From positions 558,001 to 622,000 of the forward strand of contig JANHCV010000004.1 in NCBI GenBank assembly GCA_025594325.1: 64,000 nucleotides of DNA, read 5' to 3'. How positions within the stretch are numbered: position 1 is the first letter of the stretch; the number at the start of each line of letters is the position of its first letter. The position numbers and the translations under genes are program-made. The notes under the pieces are model-generated. The model worked only from the letters and a program-made list of their open reading frames with translations, did no database searches and was not told the DNA's origin. Shown here one piece after another: positions 20,805-33,068 of the stretch. Source of the DNA: Blastocladiella emersonii ATCC 22665 (taxonomy: Eukaryota; Fungi; Blastocladiomycota).

Positions 20805-23800
20805 TCATCCCTCCGGCCGGTGCGCCAGCGCCGCGGTCCTGACCTGGAAGTACCGCCGGCTCGCGGACGCAAAGTAAATGGACAGGACGAGGCTGACGAG
20901 GGCCGTCGAGAGCACGACGATGCTCTTACCCATCGTCTCGACCGTGGCACCGCTAGCGACGAGTGTCGCGTACGCGAGGTGGATCAGGAGAACGAACGCG
21001 ACGAGGACCGCCGCGTGGGCGCGGGGCCGCAGCCGGAGCGCCGTGATCCCGAGCACGGTAGCGAGCACTTGGTGGCTCGCCGACTGCACCAGCACGTGGT
21101 TGTGCGTGAGCACGCGGACCTCCATGTCCAGCAGGACGACGGCCGCGACGAAGACGACCGAGTGCGCGACGCCGTACCGCTCGAGCCGCGCGCCGGTGAA
21201 CCGCGGCGACTTGGACCGCGCGACGGCGAGCTGGACCGTGTAGAAGGCGAGGTGCTGCGCGTACGGGAACCACCACTCGAGGATGAACGGGCGGACGCGG
21301 TGGAGCCACGCCGCGAGCGAGGACGCGGTCTCCTCGCTTTGGTCGCGCTCCGCGTCGTTGACGGCCATGCGCCCGCTCTTGGACGCGATCATGAACACGG
21401 CCGTGGCGAGCTGCATCGCGATCCCGGCGATCCCCGTGATCAGCATCCGCGACTTGAGCTTCTCGTAGTAGTACGCGAGGTACTGCGCCTCCTCGCCCGC
21501 GTCCGGGAACGCGTAGAAAAACTCGTGGCGCAGCCGGTGCAGCGCGCGCCGCAGTCGGCGGTACCACGGCCGCCGCCGCCGGGACGCGTCGCCGCCGCCC
21601 GTCGTCGTCGTCGAGAGCGCGGCGGTGCTGCTGTTGATCCGCGTCGTCGACGTCGCGCCCGTGTTGGTCCGGCAGAGCGCCGCCGTGTCCATGGTCGGGA
21701 TCGCCAGCGACCCGCGGCTCGCGAGCTCGAGGCTGTCGCGGACGCCCGCGACGCGCGGGGTCGCGTGCAGCGAATGGCGCGACTGCACCGCCGCACGCGT
21801 CGGCATGAGGTGGGACTGCTCTGCGGCGGCGGGGTTCGTGCCGCACGCGGCGAGGTCGGCGTGCGAGGACGTGGAACTGAGCGACGCGGACGACCCGGTC
21901 GACCACGTTGACGTTCCCGTGCTTGCGCAGGCTGATGGCGATGCATCATTCACCACTGTGCCGTTCGTTGCCGCCGCCGCCGTTGTGTCCTCGACAACGA
22001 GCCGCGGCGCGTCGAGCGACGCCGACAACGACGACTGCCGCGGCTCCGTCTTGTGCGCCCCCGCGCCGCTGCCACCGAGCGACAGCGTGGACGAGTGCAC
22101 GATGCGCGGGAGCGTGAGGAGGTTCCCGATCTCGAGGTGCGAGTCGTGCACCGCGCCCGAGGAAGTCGGCGTATCCGTCACGCAACCCTTGGGCAGGACG
22201 CGCTGGAACGTGGTGGCGGCCGCGAGCGCCTCGTCCTCACTCGGGAGCCGGGAGAAGTGGATGCGGGACTGCTGCGACGGAGCCGGCGGCGGCGGTGGTG
22301 GCCGTGGGATGGTCGCGGTCCCCAGCTCCGGCGCCGCGGACGACGGCGAACTCGTTGCGAGGGAGTGCCGGCGGCGCCCGAACGCTGGCGGCGGGGGTGC
22401 GGAAGGGCCCGCGGCGACGACCGTGTTGTCGCTGCTCGTCGCGGACGGCTCGCGGCGGACGGCGTGCACGTAGTGGAGGATGACCGACTTGGTCGGCCGC
22501 GAGGAAGACGACGAGGACGGCTGCTCTTGTAGCTGGACCACGCTGATCGGGAACGACGACGCGCTACTCCGTGTGCCGCCGCTCGTCGCGACCGAGGTGG
22601 CCGAGTGCCGCTCGCTCGCGGACGGCGAAGGCGGCGTCCTGCTCGTCGCGATCGAGGTAGCCGAGCCCGACCGCGCGCCCGATTCCTCGGCCCGCGACCC
22701 GTGCGCGTGCGCCGAAGACCCACGGCGACCCGTCGTCCGCGCGGCGGCGGCGGCGGCGGCCGCGGCCTGGCGCACGTTGTGGTAGAAGGTAGCGCGCGAC
22801 AGCAGCTCGCGCTCGTAGAGCCCGACGAGCGACTTGACGGCGTCGTCGGCGAGGTTAAAGACGAGGAGCCACGCCCACGACGTCGGGCTGGCGTCGATGC
22901 TGAGTCCGACGGCCAGGGCGGCGGCGATCACCGCGGCGGCGGTCCCGAGCGCGGTGCGGAATGTGAGGGCGGACGCGGCGACGAGGACGTAGCACGAGAC
23001 GCTGAGCTCGGCCGTCCAGAACTGGACGAGCGTGTCGAGGTTCTTGGCCGACGGCGCGTCCGGGCACTCCTCGCCGAAATCGTTGTGCCCGCTGAACAGC
23101 GCCTGGCGGTCTTTCGTGCGGCAGTAGCCCGGGCAGGTGATGGCCAGGAGTTCGACGAGGAGGCACGTGGCGGCGATGGCGACGAACGCGCTGCGTTGGA
23201 AGAGCCGGGTCTCGGTGCCCTTGGCGAGCGCGACGGCCATCATGAGCACGGATAGTGCGACGAGGACAAGGTACGCGGTAGTCACGGTGCCCTGGCACGC
23301 CGTGCAGGTGCCCTGGATCGAGGGACACGCCGCTACGACCTCCGAGTACTTTTGTGCAGTGTACGCCGAGAGCCCGGCGCGGGCGCAGAAGAGCGGCAGC
23401 AGTCCGATCTACACACGTTCGAGGATAGTCAGTTACTGACCCACGGCCGCCGACGCGGGCGACGTACACTCAGGATCGTGATGGGCGCCGACTTGGTGCG
23501 CAGGTTGTGTGCGGCAAACTTGGCCTCGAGCGCCTTACTGGTGAACCGCAGCGTCTTGAGCGAGAGAATCTTGGCCGACCGGTTCGTGAGGATCTCGGTC
23601 TCGGACCCGAACGCGGCGCGGAGGAGGAAGTTGGGCTCGACCTCCAGCCGCGCGCTGCGCAGCACGTTTGGAAGAGTCGGAGTTACGGGCACGAGCTGCT
23701 TCGCGTCCGGTGACGGCGGCGGCGAGGCGGCTTCGGAGACATGCGCATTGCCGTCGTCGTGCACGTCGGGAGGGTCCGGCTGAGTCGAGTGGACAATCGA

Positions 23801-24193
23801 AGGCACGCTGCGCGGCAGGTCGGCGTCGAGCGCGGGCGCCGAGCCGCCGAGCGACGCGTTCGCGCCAAAGATATCGGACCGGACACACGCGAGCTCCGAG
23901 GAGCAAGATCGCGACGCTGCGTGCTCGCCGAACGCCGAGCGGTTCGCTGGGTCAGCGACGGCAGTCCTGGCGAGCGCGGTTTCGAGGGACTCTGCCCGTT
24001 CGCAGTCCGGAGACTCGGGAAGCTGTGGTGGGCGAGTTGATGACGGTGCGGGAAGCGTTTGAGCGCGCGAGTCGGCCGCCCACGCAGCCGCGGCCATAGC
24101 CGACGCGGTCGAAGGCCGCCTAGACCTGTCGCCGCTGATCGTCGGTGCGTCCGTTGCCTCGAGTGCATCTAGTCCTGATTGCAATGAATCCAT
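20805..24193 (-). CDS. Polytopic membrane protein with two adenylyl-cyclase-like multi-TM clusters but no cyclase domain
   Basis: TLRFTSKALEAKF precedes TM cluster 1, which ends in ERELLSRATF. AFPDAGEEAQYLAYY precedes cluster 2, which ends in SRRYFQ. Ser/Ala/Pro-rich linker between them. One intron at about 23408-23466. Confidence 0.65.
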
Positions 24194-24842
24194 CGTTTAC
24201 ATGCTCATCGTCATGCCCAACAATAGCACAGCAAGCTCGGCCCTGGTTACGCGCGCGGGCTGGGCTGGTCCGTGTGCGCGGGTCCGATCGATCCATGAGA
24301 TGGTGCGTTACGCTACTTGCCGCAACCAGTCGAGTGCATGCGCGCCGGTGCCGGGAGGCATGACCGAGGCCGCGTCAGGATGACCTGAGTGCGAGCGCGC
24401 GAGCGCGAGCGCGTGCGAGACGCAGTGGCTTGGCGACGCGTATCGATATCACGTGTGCCGCGCGAGACGCGCCGCGCCACAGGAGTTGGCGTCCGGGCCG
24501 GTGCCACGCTGCAAAGAAAGTTGAGAGGCTTAAGGGCTGCGGAGCTTTGACCATCCTCGACGACGCTCGCAGATGTCGAAGGGAGTGAGTGCATGGCCAC
24601 GGGGCCATGGCCGTGGTCGAACTGGGCCCCGCATCGTGGCCATGCCACCGCGGCGCGGTCGCGCCGAGAGCAACGAGAGGGCGCGCGACTGAGCCGAGAA
24701 CGAACGAGGTTTTGTAACGGTATAGTGTATGTCAGGGATCACGCACAATTGAAGGAAGGGAGAGGGAGAAGCGATGCGATTCACGCGCAAGAAGCGAACA
24801 CAGAGAGGTCTTGTGCAGGACACAACAACAAAAACGATGAGC

Positions 24843-27016
24843 TCAAATGTAGTTGGCGTAGGGCTGGTCGCGCTTGCGGCGGCGCATGCAGCACCCCTCG
24901 GCGAACCAGGTGCGCCACTCGTAGAGGATCGACATGCGTGCGCCGAAGATGATGAAGAGGACGATGCCGGGGGTGGACACGACGAGGTCCGAGAAGACCA
25001 TGAGCGGGAACGAGGGCACATCGGGGGAGATGCGGTTGGCGCACTCGTCCTGGCCGTTGTTGGCGGAGATGCACGAGACCCACGACTTGAACCAGGCCTC
25101 GGTGCCGTTGATCTTGAGCTTCTTCATCTCGAAGAAGTAGAAGACCCAGAAGATCATGAACGAGACGATCAGCTGCATGGCGAGCAGCAGCGCGCGCCAC
25201 TGCACCTTGACGGCCTTGACCACGTGCTTGCCCTTGGCCGCGCCCGACGACCCGCCCGACTGCTGCGGGCCCGACGCCATGGACTGGCTGTACGTCTGCC
25301 CGTTGGACGAGTACCCGTAGTACGGGTCCTTGCCCGACCGGCTACCCGTCTGCGAGTTGACCTGCGACGTCTCGACCGACACGGACTCGCGGATCGAGGC
25401 CCGCGCGATCGAGTAGAAGGTGACGAGGTGGATGACGAAGGCGGGGCCGACGATGGCGAGCAGCGGGTAGAAGAAGAGGGCGTTGGACCAGTCGGCCGAC
25501 ACGAGGCAGGTGGCGCCGCTGTTGAACTCGACGGCGCCCGCGAGGTACGCCCAGATGGTGAAGACGAGCGGCCAGACCCAGCACACGAGCGAGGTGACGT
25601 GGAAGTGGCGCTCGAGGAAGTTGGACCGCCACACGGCCGACAGGTGCAGGTTCATGACGAGGTAGCAGGCCCAGATGATGGCGAGGTGCGCAAAGAACAT
25701 GATGAAGGTGCCCTGGACCGCGCACAGCACGTTGTTGTTCATCTTGGCCTGGATGATCGGGCTCGACACGGCCGTGGCCGCGTCCCACGCGCACTGGACG
25801 CGCTTGGGCGCGGGGAACCCGAACCAGATGTTGGCCATCCAGAAGGTCTGGGCGAGCGAGAAGAAGAGCACGATGATGGCCGGGTGCTTGCGCTTGTTGG
25901 GGAGGAACAGGTACGAGAGCAGCACGAAGAGGGCGAGCACCGACGACACGCCGCGCACGTAGACGGCGCCCATGTTGAGGGCGTCGATCTTGCCCTTGGG
26001 GTAGAAGGCGTTGATGGCGGGGCACGGGATGCAGCACTGGCCGAAACACGTGCCGCCCGTCGCGGTACCGCGGTTCGTCTCCGGGTTGAGCTCGCCGCGC
26101 GGGTGCGGGAGCAGCGGCTCGGGGCACGCGCGGTTCTCGACGAGCGACCCGAGCGGCGCGGCCGGCCGCACGCACTTGTCGGTGCGGTCCGTGGCGGCGC
26201 GCACCGTGGGGGTGTCGCACTGCGGGATCATGTTGGTGCGGTTGGCGAGGAAGAAGGGCGTGGTGCAGTAGGCCGTCACATCCGTGCACACGCTGACGCA
26301 GGGCCGCGACTGCGTGACCGAGGACCCGGTGCCCTCGCACTTGAAGTAGCGCGACGTGCACGCCCACCGCTGGAAGGCGTCGGCGCACTTGGGGTAGAAG
26401 CGCAGCAGCGCGTTCATCTCCGGCTCGGGCAGCGCCGCCGCCGCGAAGGCCTTCTCGATGGCCTCGATGGGCAGCGACGAGCTGATGGTGTAGTTGACGA
26501 ACTTGCTGCACGCGATGCCCTTGTACGGGATGCATTCTACGATGCCGTGGGTGGTTCGAGGGTGAGTACGTTGACGATGATCGAGGACGTGATGCATGGC
26601 GGCTGGGTCCGCATGGGTCCTCCCCCGCACTCGGCACGCCGTGAATTCGACACGCGCGAGCCGATGACCAAGTGCGGGGAAGTCGCCGCCGAGTGGGGCC
26701 GCGCGACCCCAGCGCCTCCTCGCACACAGCGTTGCAAACGCAGAGTGCGAACGTCATGCAGGGCGAGGTCCGCAGGTGGGGCCACCGCCACGGCGCACAC
26801 CACTCGAGCGAGGGCAAGCGACGAAAGAAACGTACGGCCAGCGGGCGCAGTCGTCGTATTACTCGCCGAGCCGGCACCGGGTGCTGGCGCAGGGGCGGGT
26901 GTTGGCGCGGGTGTCGTCTGGGCGACGACGGGCGACGAGGTCGCGGCGAGGAGCAGGGCCACGAGCGCGAGCGCAAGGGCGAGGGCGAGTGCCCGTGGTG
27001 CCGGGATGGAGGGCAT
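24843..27016 (-). CDS. Frizzled/Smoothened-like (class F) GPCR
   Basis: Signal peptide; Cys-rich Fz domain (CIPYKGIAC..C..AFQRWAC..C..RPC..VC..C); CP..L...C..C..PCP linker; 7 TM segments including LSYLFLP..RKHP and CAVQG.F. One intron at 26537-26835. Confidence 0.9.
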
Positions 27017-28544
27017 GGTTGGTTGTTGGGCTGGCTGGCTGTTGTTGAGGTTGAGGTATCACCACCGTATCACCACCGAGCGGAGACGTCGGCGAAGGCG
27101 GGCGGCAGATGATGCGGTGCGGGAGAGCGATAGAGAGTGCACACGTCAGCCAGCTGAAACGTGAACAACGCCGAGGTGATGGTGGTGAAGATGTCGAGCG
27201 ACGAGATGGTTTGGGGTAGGGGGGAGAGAGGAAGGCGAGCGGGCGTGCAACAGGAGGGAGAGCAACGCACCTCTGACGAACGAGGCTTGACGACGAGCGG
27301 GCACACAGCCGGGCGAACGAACGCTGGTCGATGTGGCGGTGGCGAAGCCGGAGAGCCCTGCGCAGGCAGCAGACAAGCGCGCGAGAGGAAGAGGGCAAGC
27401 CGTCGCCGTGGAAGTGACGGCTATGAACTCGGCGGGGCGCGCGGAATGAGCGCGGCAGTCGCGGCCGAGCGAGGGGGTGGCTGGTGGGCGGGGCGCAATC
27501 GATGCCCGCGAGATGAGCAGCGCGCGCGGACAAGGTCGGCGTAGTCGGCGGCGGCGAGAGTAGAGGCGAGGTGTGCGCAGCGGGGCCGCGCGGGCGGAGA
27601 TGCGATCTAGGGCGGCGGAGATACGGGTGTGCAGTGCGTGCGCCGGCGCTCTCTAGTCTATGTGGATCTCGGTATTGTGATTTACAAGGTCGGGCGGCGG
27701 GGGGAGAGAGAGCGCGGAGGGGGAGCGGGCGGTGAAGAAACCCCCGACCCGGCACTCGGCCCGCCGACCGCCGACGCCGCCCACGTTCGTTCGACGCCCA
27801 AGTCCGGGGCCTCTGCTGCCGCCCACCCGCGCTGCGTCCTTCACACGAGCTTGCGGAGCTGAAACGAAAACAACAGCCGTGACGTGATCGCCGCCATGAC
27901 ACCTCCGACTCGTTCTCCGCGCTCGCGGCGACGGCGGCCAGCAAGTGAGGCGCAACTCGCCACCGTGGCGACCCACGCGGGCCACCGCCACCACCGAGGC
28001 CCCAGGACCCGGGACCCAGGTCGCCGGCCCCGTCTTCTCCTCCTCGGGAAGCTTGAAGTCTCTCCCGTTTGCCGATCACGACGCCCCGCGTCCGCATATT
28101 TAGTCGCTCCCGGCCGGCTTCTCCGGGCCCGGCGACGGCTGTCGCTGACAAGAGCGGATCCGCTCCACCATGACCATAGTGACCCCACTCATCTCGCTCG
28201 TGCCGTCATGACCTCGCGCTGCTGGTCGCGCGCGAGCACGCGACTCTTGGTGGCCACCGGCAGAGCGGCGGCGGCGGCGCTTTTCCAGACGTTTCAGCCG
28301 CTGCTGCCGAGGTTGCCGAGCCGTCCTTCGCTGCGCGGACTTCGCGTCATTCATTTAATCGATGCTGAGCCTCACGGGCCGCGTTGCACCGTCGCATCCC
28401 AGCGCGCGGGCCGCGTCGCGACTTCATTTCGGCATCGTACATGTAGTGCAGCGCAGCGCGAGAATGAAGGTGATGGCTGCCGTGATCGTCACCTTCATCG
28501 TGGGCAATAAATACGCTCTGCTCCAATTTCACTCTGTGTGTCCA

Positions 28545-31377
28545 TCAAACCTCGGCGTCCGAGTCAATCACGGCGAGGTCCGCGTCGAGATCCATCATCA
28601 GATCCGAGTCGTCGTCGTCGTCGCTGTCCGCGGCGGCCGCGCCGTCCTCATCCTCGTCGGCCACGGACTCGCGCGACCGGAGCTTCTTGAACACGGCGTC
28701 GACCTCGCGGTCCTCCTCCTCCTCCTCCTCGCCCTCGCTGCCGCGTCGCCGCTTGACCGGGACCCGCAGCTCCTCAGCCGCCGTATCCTCGTCGACAACA
28801 TGCACCGCGCTGACCTCGTCGTCGCCGTCGCTGTCGCTGCCGGGGACCACGCCGCCGGCGCCGTTGGCCGCTCCGGTGCGCAGCATCTCGTCGTACTCTT
28901 CGGGCGACATGAGCTCGCGGAGTTCCGCCAGCAGGTCCTCGTCGAGCTGCTGCGCGGGGAGCGCCGAGGGGAGCGCCGAGGATGCCGTGGTGTCGGTGGC
29001 GGAGACGTCGTCGCCGTCGGCGGCGAGCGCCTTGGGAACCCACCCGTCGTCGGCGAGGATCCCGTCCAGCATCGTCAGCTCGCGCTCCAGCGCGGCTTCG
29101 TCGTCTTCGTCGGCGTCGGCTTGTTGAGCGGCGGTGGTGAGCGGGTCGGTCGCGTCAGCGGGCGGGTCGATCTCGGGCGTCGTGGACCGCGGCTTGACGC
29201 TGCTGCCCGGCTCGTCTTCATCCTCCTCGTCCTCTTCCTCCTCGCCATCACCCGCCTTGTCGTCGCCGTTGACCTTGAGCGTGACCTCCGAGTCAGTCGG
29301 CGACTCGGGCCGGCCCTCCGCCGCCGCCGCCCCCGCCGCTCCCGCCGTCCCCATCCCAGACGCGCGGAGCGACGACCCGAGATCGCCGGCGCGGTCGGCC
29401 TCGTCCTCGGCGGCGACGACGTGGTCGGGGATGCGCAGCGGGAACCGGTCGTTGGGCTGGCGCTGCCACAGGGCGATGGAGGTGAGCAGCCACTTTTCGG
29501 TGACGAGGGCGACGCCCTGGGCGCGCGCACGGCGCGTTTTGGTGGTGCCCCACTACGGTACAAGGATGTGAGTGGGGAGAGGGTAGGGGTAGGGGGTAGG
29601 AGCGTACCTCGCGCGCAACGACGTGCGTCGTGGTCGGCGTCAGGTCGCGCGAGCACTTGGCGCCGAAGCTCATGGACAGTTTCCAGGTATCGGAGCTACA
29701 CACACATTCACAAAAGTCAGCCCTGAGCCCACTCCCCCTTAAAACGCAACGCAACGTACTGCTCCTCGCGAATCTGCTTCGGGATCACGCCCGTGAACAC
29801 GAGCTCGCACCCGCGCAGGACCTGGCGCTTCATGGCGGGCAGCAGCAGCCGCACGTCGGCCGCCGCGTAGCTGTAAAAGTCGCCGTGCAGCTCCTCGAGC
29901 TTGCCCTGCAGGATCGCCAGCTCGCGGTCGCCGTCCGGGTGGATCACGGGGGCCGGGAGGTGCGGCGGCGCGGGGGTCGCGGTCGGTGCGGCGGCAGTCG
30001 CGGTTGAGGAGGAGGAAGAGGAGGTGCTGGGGCGCGACTTGGGCGGGCCCATGGACTCGGCCTTGGCGGGGGCGGCGGGCGGAGCGGGGGCCGGGGCGGG
30101 TGCCGGGGCGGGGGCGTCGCCGCCGGGTGGTGGCGGGCGCGGGGTGGCGCCGGGCGGGGCGTTGATGTCGCCGGTGCGCAAAAAGTAGTGGTCTACGTAC
30201 AAGTCAGAGCGTCAGTAAGCTGCATCACCCACACCACGCGCCGCAGAAAGACCGTACATGGGTGCACACGGATCAAGTTATCCGCCCATCCCCAAACATC
30301 GCCGCGGTCGTCGATCGCAACGACCATGGACTGGTCGCACGGGAACAGGCGCTGGAGCGACTTGCGGTCGGCGCTGCCGGATTCGTCGCGCGACAGGATA
30401 CGCGTCCCAAAGTAGCGGCGGTCCGGGTCGATGATGGCGGCCACCATGTTGGCGTACGGGCGCGACCCGGCCGTGTACACGTGCATCTCGTAGTATTTCG
30501 CTGCGATCCGCAGAAAATCGCGCAGGAACGGGCGCAGGCGCAAGAAATACTCCTTGTGCTCACCCGGAAGCCGGAACCGGTACACGTCGCGCACGTTGGT
30601 CGTGCCCGGGATCGTATCGTGCGGCTCGGCCGGCGCGGGCTGCGCGTCGAGCCACGCGCCCACGGCGTCGCGGTCGGTCGCGTGGATCAGCGTCTGATCG
30701 AGGTCCAGCACCAGCGACAGCTTGTGCTCGTCGCGCAGCCGCTTCGCGTTGGCGTGCGCCTGCGCCTGCGCCAGGTCCGCCGAGACCGTCAGCCCGACCA
30801 CGTCGTGCGCGACCGTGACGTGGCCCGCGGCGGGTTTCGGCACCGGCGCTTTCGTTGGGCGCCTCCTCCGCAGCGAGGACGGCGACGGCGCGGCAGCGGC
30901 GGCCGGGAGCGCGGCGCCGTCAGCCGCAACGTACACGAGCGCCGTGTCGTGCATGGTCTCGAGGACGGACGCGGCGGCGGCCGACACCTGGGCGACGTTG
31001 GCGCCACACACGGCGCACAGGCCGTAGAACTGCATCTCGTGGGCGCAGTCGGCGACGGTCGCGAACAGCGGGGCGCCGCGGGTCAGTACCTGGTCGGCGG
31101 CGACGTGGACCACGAGCTTGCCCGCGCCGCGCGCGTGCACCGTGTCGCGCACGAGCGCCATGGGTGGGGCCGAGTCGGGCACGGCCGCGGCCGTCGGGTA
31201 GGCGCGGCGCAGCGACTCGGTGTCGGGCGCGAGCCACTGCAGCCGCAGGACGGCGGCGCCCGGCTCGATCGGGGCGGACGAGTCGGCGAGGACCGCGTGC
31301 ACCTGCGCCTGCTCGAGCGCCAGGCACACGGTGACCGGCGGCGCGCCGCCACCGGGGGCGGCGGGTTCGGGGTTCAT
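28545..31377 (-). CDS. FCP1: RNA polymerase II CTD phosphatase Fcp1
   Basis: CAH...GLCAVCG, LSLVLDLDQTLIH (DxDxT), LRPFLRDFL, YEMHVYTAG, ILSRDE, IDDRGDVW, HYF..TGDIN, a BRCT domain (LVFTGVIP..THVVA..VTEKWL) and an acidic tail; several introns. Confidence 0.93.
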
Positions 31378-31645
31378 GGGGTGGTACGTTGCAAGAAGTG
31401 CGGGGGGTATCGCGTGCGCTTGAGCAAGTGCAACGGCGGCGGCAGCGGAGAGAAGGGCAGGGGTGTTCGCAACCACGAGCGAGCGAACGTCACGTTGCCC
31501 GGCCGGCGCGCCGCCGCTCACGCGTGCGCGATCGTCCCGCCGGACTTGTCGCTTCTCGCCCCTCCGCCTCTCCTCCGTCGTCAGCCCGCTCTCCACGAAG
31601 CAACGAAGCAACGAATCAACAACACGCAATCTAGTCTCAGCAACC

Positions 31646-32538
31646 ATGGCACCGCTCCGCTGGGTCTTCCAGCCGCTGCAGGGCTTCCTCGCCGCCGCGG
31701 GCGTCGGGTTCCTGCTCGGCACCACGCAGAACGTGTACGAGGCGCTGGCCTTCATGGTGTTTGCCCACTACGGCCTGACCCTCTTGTTCGCCGCCGTCTT
31801 TGTGCGTGCTCCCTTCTCGCGCGCGTGGGGAGAAGACCTTGTCGCTGACCGGCGCAGCGGTAGAAACACTCGCTGCGAGACTTGCACCGCGACCTGGCTA
31901 TCGGCACCGCGACCGCCGCCCTCACCATCGTCATGTTCGGTGCGCCGCTCTCTCGGTACGCACCCTACGCTCTCAGCGGTCCAGCACCGAGCCCCGCTCA
32001 CCACGACCCCCGCATCGCTAGCCACCACACGGAGACGCTATACCTGAGCGTCTTCATCTCGATCCGGATCCTTGCCCCCGCGATCCGGTCCATGATCGCG
32101 GCGCGGCCCGAGGACGAGCCGCGCGCGCCCGTCGCGCTTGCAGACGATGCGGACCCCGTCGAGGCCCTGCGCGCCGAGTTCCCCGCCCGCAGCTGGTGGG
32201 TGCGCATCCGCATGCCCGCCAAGGTCGCCGTCGCTGCCACGCTCCTCGCCTCCACCGCCTACACGCTCGACTGGGACCGCTGGTGGCAGCAGTACCCGTT
32301 CCCGACCCTCGTCGGGTGCGAGGTCGGCGTGCTCCTGGGGGTTGCGGTCCAGGTCGGTATGACGACGGCCGGGATTGAGGATGAGGACTGGCTCGAGGCC
32401 CAGGAGACGAGCGAGGCGGCCAAGCAGGGGAAGACTCGTGAGGTGGCGGCGCCCGCGGCTCGCGCGCTGGCGAGTTCCGCCGTGGCTATTGCGAGTGCGG
32501 GCGGGGACTCGGCCAAGCAGCGCAAGAAGCGCGCGTGA
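31646..32538 (+). CDS. PIGF: GPI ethanolamine-phosphate transferase subunit PIG-F/Gpi11
   Basis: Small polytopic protein with MFGAPL, T.YLSVFIS, LDWDRWWQQYP...G..VG and a C-terminal KKRA ER-retrieval motif; two introns. Confidence 0.78.
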
Positions 32539-33068
32539 ATATACACTTGAACATCGACTGGGACGTGGTGGAAGGCCCATGACGCGTGGCAACGAGCGAC
32601 GACGCGACGCGAGGCAAGCCCTGCGACCGCGACAACCGCCAGCGCGAGCAAGGAACCCACTCAACAGCGCAAGAAGCGCGCGTAAATATACGCCTAGGCT
32701 ACATGTTTGCACGGACCAAGACGCAGCGACTGCGCCACGACGCGTGGGGTGAAAGTGTCTCGCACGCTCACGTGAGGGGAGACGCGTCGCGTCGCGCAAG
32801 CGAGATTCAGGTCTCTCCCCGATGGTCCCCACGGCTTCCCCCACCCCGTCGCCGTTAACCGCGGGTTCGGGACCACAGTGTCTGCACTCTCCGTGCACTT
32901 GTGTATTCTGGGCATCTGCGATCGCGTACCCGCTCGCCCCCTGCATGGAACACACGAAGCCACCGACCACGACTTGACGCATCGACGCCGGCGACCTCGA
33001 CCGCATCGGATTACTTCATCTGTTCACCAACTACACGATCGGTCGTCGTCATCGTCATCGGTAACAAC

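Noticed and set aside
20805-24193. Rhodopsin-guanylyl cyclase (CyclOp) or an active cyclase
   Set aside because: No type I rhodopsin helix-G Lys motif and no class III cyclase catalytic motifs.
26537-26835. Possible second Cys-rich domain (CNAVCEEALG) in the Frizzled gene
   Set aside because: It lies inside a 299-nt GT-AG intron whose removal joins the exons in frame (G-Q-C-I-P-Y).
30193-31755. FCP1 starting at the ORF-track start, overlapping PIG-F head to head
   Set aside because: The upstream extension is non-conserved open frame; FCP1-like sequence begins near the ATG at 31377, leaving an ordinary divergent promoter of about 270 bp.
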